DNA of 64,000 nucleotides from Amphiscolops sp. MND2022 (Eukaryota): NCBI GenBank assembly GCA_964187785.1, contig OZ076409.1, positions 95,606,001 to 95,670,000 of the forward strand, read 5' to 3'. Shown piece by piece: positions 11,471 to 21,700 of this stretch (position 1 is its first letter; each line of letters starts with the position of its first letter). The notes under the pieces were generated by a model. It saw only the letters and a program-made list of their open reading frames with translations, ran no database searches and was not told where the DNA came from. The position numbers and the translations under genes were made by a program.

Positions 11471-11872
11471 ATGAGCTTCAATAAATTTAAAACTAAGTCT
11501 TATTGTGTTGGTGGTAAACACTATTCTGCTACAACTAATATTCGAGGAGATATTTCTCAAAATAAAAAAACTGGCATGCCAGTTAAACTCCTACGTGGTG
11601 TGTGTGTAACATGTAAAAGAAATAAATCCCTTATAGTATCTGATCAAACTATTTCAGCCGAGGGATTGGGTGACTTCTTTAAACATATTGGCAAAGCTGC
11701 AAAGAATGTTGGAAAGAAAATACTCAATAATCCTGGTAGAGCACTAGAACTCGCAGCTAATATTGGTACCGCAGCAGCAAGTAAAAATCCACGAATGATA
11801 GCTGCAACTGCTCCTGATATTATAAAATTTGTTCATCAAGGAAAAGGCTTATATTTGGGAAAAATTCATTAA
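11471..11872 (+). CDS. Putative virion core / membrane-active protein (Cys-rich N-terminus plus cationic amphipathic helix)
   Basis: YCVGG...GVCVTC, then GLGDFFKHIGKAAKNVGKKIL; GxG motifs are candidate protease sites. Function is inferred. Confidence 0.6.
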   Translation: MSFNKFKTKSYCVGGKHYSATTNIRGDISQNKKTGMPVKLLRGVCVTCKRNKSLIVSDQTISAEGLGDFFKHIGKAAKNVGKKILNNPGRALELAANIGTAAASKNPRMIAATAPDIIKFVHQGKGLYLGKIH

Positions 11873-11887
11873 ATTTATGGTTAATAA

Positions 11888-12808
11888 ATGTATTCAATAC
11901 ATAATCGTGATGATTTAGAAAAATTAAAAAAATTGCAAAAAACAAAATCTTCACTCCGCAAAGAAAGATTAAAAGAGAAACTTGGGAAGCAAGACTTTCA
12001 TTACGATATGGAAGAAGTTTTTGAACCCGTTACTGAAAACCAGAAACAAAACCAAACTAAACAACAAGAACTTTCTGAAAAGCAAATACAAGCGCTACGT
12101 GATTCTACTCAAACTACAACACAAGCAATCGAAAATCAGGCAAGAGCAATAGAACACAGTAGTGATATTTTAAATAAAAATTTACAAAAATCTATTAAAG
12201 ATGCTATTTCCAACCAAGTAGACAGTTCAATTGTTAAAACAGTTTCCAACCTTCTCAATGACAAAAACAAAAGTCAATTTAGTTTAGAACCTGTTTTAGG
12301 AAGTTCAAATTTCTTCACAATTAACCACACTAATCCTCAACTAGTACAAATCAAAGGTTCAACGATGACTTTCCAGAATGGTAACACATATAATTTAAAT
12401 GATCCGGATCTTTCATCTTTTATAACTAATGCACAAATAGATAAAAAAATACAAAACGAGAATCTTATTTATAATTTTTTAAAAGATATGAAATATGATC
12501 TTAATTATGGAGATAAAAAATCAAAGAGGTATTATTTCATTAAACATTTGATTAATCAATACACATATCAACAATCCCAATCGGGAAGTGGATTAAATCA
12601 GTATATCTTCCTCCCATCTGACCCAGATGAGCTTGTAGATCAACTTAAACTAATCGTGTTAGAAAAAGTAGGAGGAAATGATAATCCTATGCTGAGCGAA
12701 CAAATCATAGCAATTGCTGATAAACTTTTACAATACCAATGCATTACAACAAATCAACATCAAAACATTGTTTCAGCTTTTACTAAAAAGGATCAGTTTG
12801 TGGATTAA
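11888..12808 (+). CDS. Conserved Polinton-type protein (coiled-coil N-terminus, GSG-LPSDPDELV C-terminal motif)
   Basis: 306-aa ORF. The C-terminus SGSGL...LPSDPDELVDQLKLIVLEKVGGND resembles the PxELxxRL...GN motif recurrent in Polinton proteins. Confidence 0.65.
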   Translation: MYSIHNRDDLEKLKKLQKTKSSLRKERLKEKLGKQDFHYDMEEVFEPVTENQKQNQTKQQELSEKQIQALRDSTQTTTQAIENQARAIEHSSDILNKNLQKSIKDAISNQVDSSIVKTVSNLLNDKNKSQFSLEPVLGSSNFFTINHTNPQLVQIKGSTMTFQNGNTYNLNDPDLSSFITNAQIDKKIQNENLIYNFLKDMKYDLNYGDKKSKRYYFIKHLINQYTYQQSQSGSGLNQYIFLPSDPDELVDQLKLIVLEKVGGNDNPMLSEQIIAIADKLLQYQCITTNQHQNIVSAFTKKDQFVD

Positions 12809-13604
12809 AGATTTTATACTCTGGATTAGATTCATTGCACAGTTTATACTTACATCCGTTTTTATCTTCTAGCCTGTTTATTAATAAATAGTTGTATTTT
12901 TCTTTCCATGCCTCCCTGCACAAACTTTTAAATTCATCATAAGACATATCAAAACCTGCAATATCTCTGTATATATTTTCTACATCTTTCAATGTTTGTT
13001 GAAATAAAATTATGATATTACTATTATTGCGTATGGTGCGTTTAGGCAAATCGAAATATGACTGTGATAAATAATAAACATCTAAATCATTATGTCTTCC
13101 CCTAGTAAAAAATGGATCTATTAATTTCTGATTCGAGTCTAACATATCATCAAATACAACACAACAATTTTGAAAATCTTGTATTGTTCTATCTTCTAGA
13201 TCGTCTTCCACTGAAACGTCTTCTAGTTGTATGTTCTCGTATTGTTCCGGAGATCTAGTTATGATTTTTATTTGTTGTTCTGGGTTATCCAAGCGAATTA
13301 ATTGTAATTTGTTTAATAACAAAAAAGTCTTACCACAAAATGAAGGACCAACTATTAATGTTCGATTTAATGCATCATCCTCAATTGTATTATTTGTATC
13401 AGTTTTATGAATGTTTTTTATATGCTTTGACAAATATGTTTTATTGAATTCACGGTTACAAAATTCACACCTCATCTTCCTATTAAAACAACTAATACAC
13501 TTAATATATACATCACCATTTTTATATTTATAGAAATCTTCTTCAGATTTAAAAATATTACACCCTTTACAGATTTTTTTATTACCACAATTTAAACTGT
13601 TCAT
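12783..13604 (-). CDS. A32/FtsK-like genome packaging ATPase with an N-terminal Zn-finger region
   Basis: Walker A GPSFCGKT, Walker B VVFDD, FTRGRH and LSQSYF...IRNN; N-terminal CxxC pairs and a C2H2-like motif. Confidence 0.92.
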   Translation of the reverse strand: MNSLNCGNKKICKGCNIFKSEEDFYKYKNGDVYIKCISCFNRKMRCEFCNREFNKTYLSKHIKNIHKTDTNNTIEDDALNRTLIVGPSFCGKTFLLLNKLQLIRLDNPEQQIKIITRSPEQYENIQLEDVSVEDDLEDRTIQDFQNCCVVFDDMLDSNQKLIDPFFTRGRHNDLDVYYLSQSYFDLPKRTIRNNSNIIILFQQTLKDVENIYRDIAGFDMSYDEFKSLCREAWKEKYNYLLINRLEDKNGCKYKLCNESNPEYKIFNPQTDPF

Positions 13605-13634
13605 TTATTTAGTAAAATTCCGTTGTAAAATGAA

Positions 13635-14045
13635 TCACTAAGACGATTTTTTGTCACTAAGACCCACCTCTTAGTGAATAAGAAACACTAAGAATCACTA
13701 AGAGTCACTAAGACCCACCTCTTAGTGAATAAGAAACACTAAGAATCACTAAGAGTCACTAAGACCCACCTCTTAGTGAATAAGAAACACTAAGAATCAC
13801 TAAGAGTCACTAAGACCCACCTCTTAGTGAATAAGAAACACTAAGAATCACTAAGAGTCACTAAGACCCACCTCTTAGTGAATAAGAAACACTAAGAATC
13901 ACTAAGAGTCACTAAGACCCACCTCTTAGTGAATAAGAAACACTAAGAATCACTAAGAGTCACTAAGACCCACCTCTTAGTGAATAAGAAACACTAAGAA
14001 TCACTAAGAGTCACTAAGAGTCACTAAGACCCAACACTTAGTGAT
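13635..14045. repeat. 51-bp tandem array of palindromic units between the divergent ATPase and integrase genes
   Basis: GACCCACC recurs at 13661, 13712, 13763, 13814, 13865, 13916 and 13967, with a variant at 14028. Each unit contains TCACTAAGA-CCCACC-TCTTAGTGA plus two more CACTAAGA copies. Confidence 0.95.
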
Positions 14046-14079
14046 AAAAATACCACTTTCAACCATTCTAAATTATTAA

Positions 14080-14931
14080 ATGAACCTGAAACAAAAAATA
14101 GCTAAAGAAATATTCTCTCCTGTAGTTCAAAAATTTGATCGCATCCAAATACAAACTCACTATAAAGATGAGTGTTGGAGTATTGATCTGATAGACCGAT
14201 CTAGCTTAGCAAAATACAACAAAAACTACAAGTTTATTTTTACAATAATTGACAATCATACTAAATTTGCATGGGCGATTCCTCTTAAAGATAAATCAGG
14301 AAAAAGTACAACGACTGCATTCAAGAAACTAATAGAAACTAGTAAAAGAAAACCTGAAAAAGTGTGGTCGGATAGAGGTAAAGAGTTCTATAATAAAACA
14401 TTTTTGGATTTTCTTAAACAAAATGAAATACAAATTTATTCAACTCACTCAGATTTGAAAGCTGTTTTTGTTGAACGTTTCAATAGAACATTATTAGATC
14501 TTATCAAAGAACCGATGTATATTGAAGGTAAAGCTTGTTGGTTGAATCATATTAACAGTGCTTTGGATAAGTATAAAAATCGTGTGCATACCACAACCCG
14601 CATGACACCGTTTGAAGCTAGTAATAAACCAATAGATCCACCTACTTTTGTTAATAAACCGAAACAACCCAAATTTCAAGTGGGAGACTATGTAAGAGTT
14701 CCTGATAAAAGGAACATTTATTCAAAAGGCTATACAACAAATTGGAATAGAGAACTTTTTAAAATACAAAAAATTAATCCAACTAACCCCATAACCTATA
14801 CTTTAGAAGACGAAAACAACGAGCAAGTAGCAGGAAAATATTATGAACAAGAACTTTTAAGAAGTGTATTCAACTTTGAATCTAATAACAAAACGTTAGA
14901 AAGTATGAATATTTTCCATCAGTTTGAGTAA
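14080..14931 (+). CDS. Retroviral-like (rve, DDE) integrase of Polinton type
   Basis: WSIDLID, IIDNHTKFAWAIPLKDK, SDRGKEF, VERFNRT, FQVGDYVR and KGYTTNW...YYEQEL. No C-terminal chromodomain is visible. Confidence 0.95.
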   Translation: MNLKQKIAKEIFSPVVQKFDRIQIQTHYKDECWSIDLIDRSSLAKYNKNYKFIFTIIDNHTKFAWAIPLKDKSGKSTTTAFKKLIETSKRKPEKVWSDRGKEFYNKTFLDFLKQNEIQIYSTHSDLKAVFVERFNRTLLDLIKEPMYIEGKACWLNHINSALDKYKNRVHTTTRMTPFEASNKPIDPPTFVNKPKQPKFQVGDYVRVPDKRNIYSKGYTTNWNRELFKIQKINPTNPITYTLEDENNEQVAGKYYEQELLRSVFNFESNNKTLESMNIFHQFE

Positions 14932-14951
14932 TTATGCTAAAATAAATAAGA

Positions 14952-15641
14952 ATGTCATTACATAAGTTTGGTTATAGTGCTGAAAGCCTACAAAAAGACA
15001 AGATTGAGAATCTTGAAAAAGAATTGGAGTCACAAACCAAATTATTCAACTTAAAACTTTATGATTTGTCTAATAATTTAGAAAATTTTAATAACCTACA
15101 AGAAGTTATATTTGACAACCGTGAAACAAAGGTATTAGTCAATGCAAAAACGTTTGTAGACATAAACAAAAATATAGAAGATATAAAAATAAATTTGAAA
15201 TACTTAGAACAAGATATTAAAAATAAATTATTAGAAAAGAAGAAAGAAATAATTTTGGATGCTGCTAAGTTGGTAGAAGAACAACAAACCATTTTGCGAA
15301 ATAGTTTCGAGAGAAGCCTTATTTCAGAATTGGAAAAAAGCAAAAACCAAGCAGTCAAGGATGTTATACAACTACTGTATAGCAAAGGATTGTTTGACTC
15401 ATTTGAAAATAAGGACCAAATATTCCAGTCGTATTTGACCTTCTCAAACCAATACTTGCTTGAAAAATACGGAACAGAAATAAAGACATCAGATGGTGTG
15501 TATTATTTATCAGACTTGGACTATTCAACGAGAGAAGATATTGTGAAGTGTTTAAAAAAAGATGAATACAAAGATATAGTTGACCTTAAATATAGAATGA
15601 AACTAACCACGAGTGAAATCAATTTCATACTTTTTGACTAA
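14952..15641 (+). CDS. Hypothetical coiled-coil protein
   Basis: 229-aa ORF rich in K/E/L/N, packed tightly between the integrase and the next gene. Confidence 0.7.
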   Translation: MSLHKFGYSAESLQKDKIENLEKELESQTKLFNLKLYDLSNNLENFNNLQEVIFDNRETKVLVNAKTFVDINKNIEDIKINLKYLEQDIKNKLLEKKKEIILDAAKLVEEQQTILRNSFERSLISELEKSKNQAVKDVIQLLYSKGLFDSFENKDQIFQSYLTFSNQYLLEKYGTEIKTSDGVYYLSDLDYSTREDIVKCLKKDEYKDIVDLKYRMKLTTSEINFILFD

Positions 15642-15645
15642 ATAA

Positions 15646-16182
15646 ATGAATGAAAAATTATACCCCAGTTTGCAACCACAAGTAGATAGTTTAGAGCAAC
15701 ACCTAAACCTACGATTGAAAGAAATAAATAGTTTCAATAATTCAATTCAAAATATAAAAGATATTAAAAATTTTTATAATCATGAAGCCAAAAAGTATAA
15801 AAAGAAAAGTAAACAATACAAGCTCATAAATTGTTTAATACAATCTGTTGATGGTGTTTCAATACTAGCTGTATCATCAACATGTGTCACTCTCAGCATT
15901 ACTGGAGTTGGACTGGTTGTTGTCCCCGTTGCTAGTGGTATTGGTGCAGGTTTATGTATAATCAGTAAGCTTCTTGGTGAGTACCTGAAAAGAAAAGAAC
16001 AACACAATCTTAAGAAATATACCCTTGCTGGTAGAACACTACATGATTTCTGTAAACTACATTCAAAATGTTTAGAAGACAATAAAATCGATCTGAATGA
16101 ATATAACAAACTAAAACAATCTTATGATACATACAAAACGAACAAAACTAAACTAAATTCTGAGTTTACTTTTTTAGGCTAA
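15646..16182 (+). CDS. Membrane protein with a central Gly-rich hydrophobic hairpin
   Basis: 178 aa. Hydrophobic stretch GVSILAVSSTCVTLSITGVGLVVVPVASGIGAGLCIISKLL is flanked by basic helical segments. Confidence 0.75.
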   Translation: MNEKLYPSLQPQVDSLEQHLNLRLKEINSFNNSIQNIKDIKNFYNHEAKKYKKKSKQYKLINCLIQSVDGVSILAVSSTCVTLSITGVGLVVVPVASGIGAGLCIISKLLGEYLKRKEQHNLKKYTLAGRTLHDFCKLHSKCLEDNKIDLNEYNKLKQSYDTYKTNKTKLNSEFTFLG

Positions 16183-16240
16183 CATTATTTAGTAAAAACA
16201 ATATCAGTATAAATTTTAAATCATGATTTTTTGTATATAA

Positions 16241-17470
16241 ATGGAATTATTTTCTTTGAAAAATAAATATGTTCTCGATAATCCAATTCAAAAAATTGAT
16301 TTTATTAAATACTCGCCTAGTAGTTTAGCTACAATCAACAACAATAATTCAAATATTTCCATCATTTTCCCAAGAGAAGATGCTTATATTTGTTTACAAA
16401 ACTCATACATTAGTCTAGAATTTGAAGTTCTTAAAAACGATAACACACGCTACGTAGACAACGACCAAATAAGCTTGGTCAACTTTGGGCCTGTTGCTTT
16501 ATTTAGTGAAGCTAAACTTGTGACATCATCAGGAAAGCATCTTGAGAAAGTTGATAACCTACACCCAGTATGTTTAATGTACAAGCTTTTGACTAGCAAC
16601 CAACAAACAAGTCAATTGATGTACGGATTTGAAGAATCAGAAAACACCAGGCGATTAGAATTAACAAACCACAAAACAGAAAAAGGAACCTTTTTTGTTA
16701 GAATAAAACTAAAAGACTTGTTTGGATTTGCTGATCAAGAAAAAATAACTTACGGATTGGGTTATTCTCTGACATTAAAACGTAATAATAATAACGACCC
16801 TATCATCAGGGACAACGGTGTAGATGCTGCAAAAATAGATATAAAAGATATTGCTTGGCACATTCCACACTATGTACCCAGTATGGAAAACCAGCAGCTT
16901 GTCCTTAATCAAATATTAGATAAAGACCCAACCGAGTTGTATTATATAGAACGAACTGTCTTTAGAAAAGATGTTAACACCAATAATAATTGGACATTTG
17001 AATTAGGCAACAGTGGAGAATCGACACCAACATACGTGATAGTTGGATTTCAAGCTAGAAATAAAATTGATTCACAAACACATAACAACTCAACATTCGA
17101 TCGACTTTCGGTTAGTAATGCAGTTTGTAAAATAGGATCAGAAAAATATCCCGATGATGGAATAGAATGTGACTACGACCGCGACAAATACGATCAAGCT
17201 TATTATCAAATCGAAAACTTCTATAACTTACATTCTGAATCTAATCTACTCAATCCGTTTATCAGTTTGCACAAATTCCGAACGAGTTACAATTTTTATG
17301 TATTTGACCTATCTAAGCAAAAACCACCTATAGCATCTCAACCTATTAGATTAGAATTTAAATTTAGTGCTGCTTTTGGTGTAGCAGATTATGTAGCTTA
17401 TGCCCTTGTACTAACACCCAAGTTAATAAGTATTAGTAGTGACGGACAAAGACACTTTGATCTTTTATAA
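16241..17470 (+). CDS. Major capsid protein (predicted double jelly-roll)
   Basis: 409 aa, beta-rich. Motifs NSYISLEFEV, ALFSEAKL, LKDLFGFA, PTYVIVGFQ and FYVFDLSKQ...IRLEFKF. Size and context fit a Polinton major capsid protein. Confidence 0.85.
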   Translation: MELFSLKNKYVLDNPIQKIDFIKYSPSSLATINNNNSNISIIFPREDAYICLQNSYISLEFEVLKNDNTRYVDNDQISLVNFGPVALFSEAKLVTSSGKHLEKVDNLHPVCLMYKLLTSNQQTSQLMYGFEESENTRRLELTNHKTEKGTFFVRIKLKDLFGFADQEKITYGLGYSLTLKRNNNNDPIIRDNGVDAAKIDIKDIAWHIPHYVPSMENQQLVLNQILDKDPTELYYIERTVFRKDVNTNNNWTFELGNSGESTPTYVIVGFQARNKIDSQTHNNSTFDRLSVSNAVCKIGSEKYPDDGIECDYDRDKYDQAYYQIENFYNLHSESNLLNPFISLHKFRTSYNFYVFDLSKQKPPIASQPIRLEFKFSAAFGVADYVAYALVLTPKLISISSDGQRHFDLL

Positions 17471-17561
17471 TTCATCAATTCATCAATATAAAAACATTAG
17501 ATGAAAACGAATCTGTAATTTAAAAATTGAAAATTTATTTGAAATAAATAATATATAATAA

Positions 17562-17759
17562 ATGAAGTACATAAATAATAAATTTTACACTGAAGTTAAT
17601 AATCCAAAGTACATTATCAATGATGGTAAAATTCTGAGAGAAACATCTCCTCCCAAGTCATTGAAATCTAAATATGAAGTTATGAATGGTGTTAAATTAG
17701 ATAAAAAATCAAATATAATTGAATTAGATGACGGATCTCTTCATATTGTAACGAAATAA
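17562..17759 (+). CDS. Small hypothetical protein (65 aa)
   Basis: TAAATG start; its stop codon abuts the next ATG. Confidence 0.6.
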   Translation: MKYINNKFYTEVNNPKYIINDGKILRETSPPKSLKSKYEVMNGVKLDKKSNIIELDDGSLHIVTK

Positions 17760-18297
17760 ATGGATGAAGAAGAATTTTTAAATCCTACCATGTGTAGGAG
17801 ATGTAATAGAAATGCTCTACTAGAATACGAGTATGAATTCACTTGTTATGTATGTGAATTCAATGTTATAAAAACTAAAAATCAATTGACAAAAGTTCAA
17901 AGAAAAAAGAATATCAATTTTAAAGGGAGATTAACATATGCAACTCCGAAAATAATTGGTATTTGTATGGAAGTTAATTCATTAGTTCAAACCAATGATA
18001 TAGACGTTCTCGCAGCTGTCCTGACATATCTTAAAAAGAAGAGACTAAATATCTTAGAAGAAATCCTAAACAAGTTTGATGACATGCCTGATGATTTCGA
18101 AAAAAAATGTCTTCGCTGCATCTGAAGGAATTCACAAAGCTGGAGATTATGCACTTAGGATGATGAAGTGGTTGGTCTCGGCTAGGTATTATGAAAACAT
18201 TAACTATTATGACTTGATAGCAACTACTTTAAGATATATGAAGGGGGAACAGCTCTTTGTGAGGAAAGAAGTTTTCTTGTTTATAAATGAGCGATAG
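17760..18297 (+). CDS. Zn-ribbon-containing hypothetical protein, interrupted by one extra A in the A8 run at 18100-18107
   Basis: CRRC...CYVC at the N-terminus. Removing one A joins ORFs 17760-18125 and 18076-18297 into about 178 aa (…FEKNVFAASEG…). Confidence 0.6.
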
Positions 18298-18421
18298 TGA
18301 AGGTGAGGTTTCTGAGGATGAATCTCTACATAGTTCAGATGAAGACTTTATCGATGATTCGGAGAGCGAAGATGAAGACTATATCCCCCCAAAACGGAAG
18401 CGGAGAAAAATAGAAAAATGA
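18287..18421 (+). CDS. 44-aa acidic protein with a C-terminal NLS-like motif (below the ORF-track cutoff)
   Basis: MSDSEGEVSEDESLHSSDEDFIDDSESEDEDYIPPKRKRRKIEK; TAAATG start. Confidence 0.65.
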   Translation: MSDSEGEVSEDESLHSSDEDFIDDSESEDEDYIPPKRKRRKIEK

Positions 18422-18452
18422 AAAAACAATTGAATAAAAATTTATATAGTAA

Positions 18453-18749
18453 ATGGATGAAACATATCATAGGAAATATTGTGAAGCTTGTGATAAACAA
18501 GTTCACACATCATCGTTTGCAAAGCATCTGAAGTCTAAAATTCATTTACAGAAAAATGTAGGTGTAATCCCACAAAAACCCAGAGTTCTACTAGCAGTGG
18601 AAGAACAACAAGAACCTAGAGTTCTACCAGCAGTGGAAGAACAACAAGAACCTAGAGTTCTACCAGCAGTGGAAGAACAACAACAACCTCGAGCTCGACC
18701 TATCCCCCCAAAACGGAATCGGAGAAAAATAGAAAAAACAATTGAATAA
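18453..18749 (+). CDS. Zn-finger / 12-aa repeat / NLS-like protein
   Basis: YCEACDK...HLKSKIH finger, three copies of PRVL(L/P)AVEEQQ (36-bp repeat), and PPKRNRRK. Confidence 0.7.
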   Translation: MDETYHRKYCEACDKQVHTSSFAKHLKSKIHLQKNVGVIPQKPRVLLAVEEQQEPRVLPAVEEQQEPRVLPAVEEQQQPRARPIPPKRNRRKIEKTIE

Positions 18750-18764
18750 AAATTTATATAGTAA

Positions 18765-21700
18765 ATGAACACAACGAATACCAAATATTGTGAAGTGTGT
18801 GATAAACACATTCACACAGCATCCTTCTCGAGACATGAGAAATCTAAAATTCATTTACACAATATTGGCGTTGTACCGGGAGACCCTATACAACGAAGGG
18901 CGCGATCGGTCCCAACACTAAAACAATTAGCGAGAGCTAAAGTCAATCTCTCAGAAAAAGAGTTGGCAAAACATATGATAAATCCATACTACTTCTCTAA
19001 AAGATATGAACCTCAATATGATGTTAATCTTGATCAACACCACCCCAAACACTTAAATAGTAAGATAACTGTCAAACCTAAATATGATCTCACTATTGAA
19101 TTGCTCGATCTGAATAATATCTTCAAAGAAATGTCAGCAATATATGCTAGGTTAATTGAGCAATATAAATTCAAATATCAAGTTGTCTTCTCAGTTATTT
19201 TCGATAAGGAGACTCAAGAAGAGTTAGAACAGTATGTTAGTTTGGAGGTCAATCAGAGTTTAACTTGGAATGATATTGTAAAGTATGATCTAGAAGGAAA
19301 AACAAATGCATTGATTGAAAATCTGGAGATGAAAGATAGTGGTTGGAGATTCTGTAAAATTGCATCGATGACTATATACTTTTATAAAACTGTTGAACTG
19401 AATGGTAGCAGTTATGTTAAAATACCTCTTAGAAGCGCTGCTATTTTAAACATTGAAAATAATGATAAGTACTGTTTTCTATGGAGCATCTTAGCTCACC
19501 TTCATCCTTGTGAGAATTCTCATCCAAATAGAGTTTCAAACTATCGAGAATATTTTAGAGAATTGAAAACAGATGGATTGGAATTCCCTTTTAAAACATC
19601 AGATGTTTCTAAATTTGAAAAGATGAATAATCTAGCTATTAATATATTTGAGTTACAGTTCTATCAAGAGGGGGAAAAGTGGAAACATAAATTGATTCCT
19701 ATTGAGGTTAGTGAGAACAATTCAGAAACAGTGATTGATTTGGTGATATATAAAAATCACTATGCCCTCATTAAAAAACTTCATGTATTCTTAGGAAAAA
19801 GGGATTCAAAATTTGTTTGTCGTCGATGTCTAAGTTGCTTTACAAATGAAAACGTTTTGGTGAAACATACTGAAAGATGTAAGCAACAAGATATCACAGC
19901 TATCAGAGTTAGCAAGGATAGTCATTTAATGTGGAAGAAGCACTTTCATAAGAACCCACTATATTTCAGGATCTATGGTGATTTCGAATGTAATAATAAA
20001 AGAGAATATTCTAACATAGGTAATAAAACCACAAACATTTTCAGACAAAATCCAATGTGTAATGGATTTTACATAGTATCTGAGATGGATAATGTTCTAC
20101 AGTCTGGATGGCATCTCTCGCCCTTTGGAGAGGATAATGTTGAATGGTTTGTTATTGAAGTCATAAAGATTGAGAATAAGATGAATTTCTATTTTAAGAA
20201 TACAAAGAAAGAGATTATGATGACTCAAGAAGATGAGGAAGATTTTAAGAATAGTACTCATTGTTGGTTCTGTGAACTTCCCTTAGATGGGAGAGCTGTC
20301 AGAGATCATTGTCATCTGACTGGTAGGTATCGAGGGGCTGCACATGAAAAGTGTAATATAAATGTGAAACAGAAACAGAGTAATTTCATACCATTCGTGT
20401 TTCACAACTTCAGTAACTACGACTGTCACTTGTTCTTTAAAACATTGATTGATAAAAAATCAGATAATGTTCCCCTTCATGTCATACCCAAGACAAATGA
20501 GGAATATATATCAATTTCATATGGTTGTATTAGATTTATAGATTCATATAGATTTTTATCAAGTAGTTTAGATGGGTTGGTTAAAACAGTTGATGAGTTG
20601 ACAATTCTGAAGAGAGAGTTTCCTGATAATTGGGAGCTGTTGAGTAAGAAGTTGGCGTACCCATATGAATATTTTAAATCTCTTGATGATTATCAGTTGT
20701 CAGTTAAAGATCTTGTAAAAGAGGATTACTTCAGTAGATTGAAAAATGGATATCCTCAAGATAGTGAGATTCAGAGAACAAATGAAATCATTGAAACTTT
20801 TAAGATTAAAACTGGAAAGGAGTTGACTGAGTTGTATTTGAAAACTGATGTTGTTTTGTTAGCAGATGTGTTTGAGAAGTTCATAAAGGTATCATTAAAC
20901 GAATTTAAAATCAATCCGTTATATTGTGTTAGTCTTCCTGGATATACTTGGGAATGTGGATTGAAATATACTGGGATTAATTTGCAAACACTTCAAGATA
21001 AAGATATGATCTTAATGTTAGAGAATAATATTAGAGGTGGGATTTCATCTGTTATGGGGGATAGATATGTTAAATCAGATGAAAACAAAAAGATTTTATA
21101 TATTGATGCTAATAATCTATATGGGTGGGCAATGAGCCAGTATTTGCCATATGATGATATAAAATTTGATGGTAATGTTAAGTTGGAAGATATATTAGAT
21201 ACACCTGATGATAGTGAGGTTGGGTATTTTGTTGAAGTTGACTTGAAATATCCTGAGGGGATAAGAGAGAAGACTGTGAACTTCCCATTCTGTCCAGATA
21301 ATAAGTTTTCACCTCAAGATAAGTTTACTGAGTATATGAAAAAAATGAAGCAGGATAGTTATGCTAAATGTAAAAAGTTAATATGTGATTGGACTGACAA
21401 GAAGAAGTATCTGATACATTATCGAATGTTGAAGTTTTATGTGAGACATGGTATGATTGTTGAGAAAGTTCATGAAGTGATTTCTTTTAAGCAGAGTAAG
21501 TGGTTGGAGAAGTACATTGATTTCAATACTCAGAAAAGAAATAGGACGAAAAATGATTTTGAGAAAGATTTTTACAAACTATTAAACAATGCGTTCTATG
21601 GAAAGACAATGGAGAATGTGCGAAATAGAACTAAGATCGAGTTCATTAAAAAAGATGAAGAAGAGAAGATGGTGAAGTGGCAATCTAAGTTGACGTTTAA

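Noticed and set aside
13635..14045. CRISPR-like array of palindromic repeats
   Set aside because: The sequences between the palindromes are identical rather than unique spacers, there are no cas genes, and the context is eukaryotic and viral.
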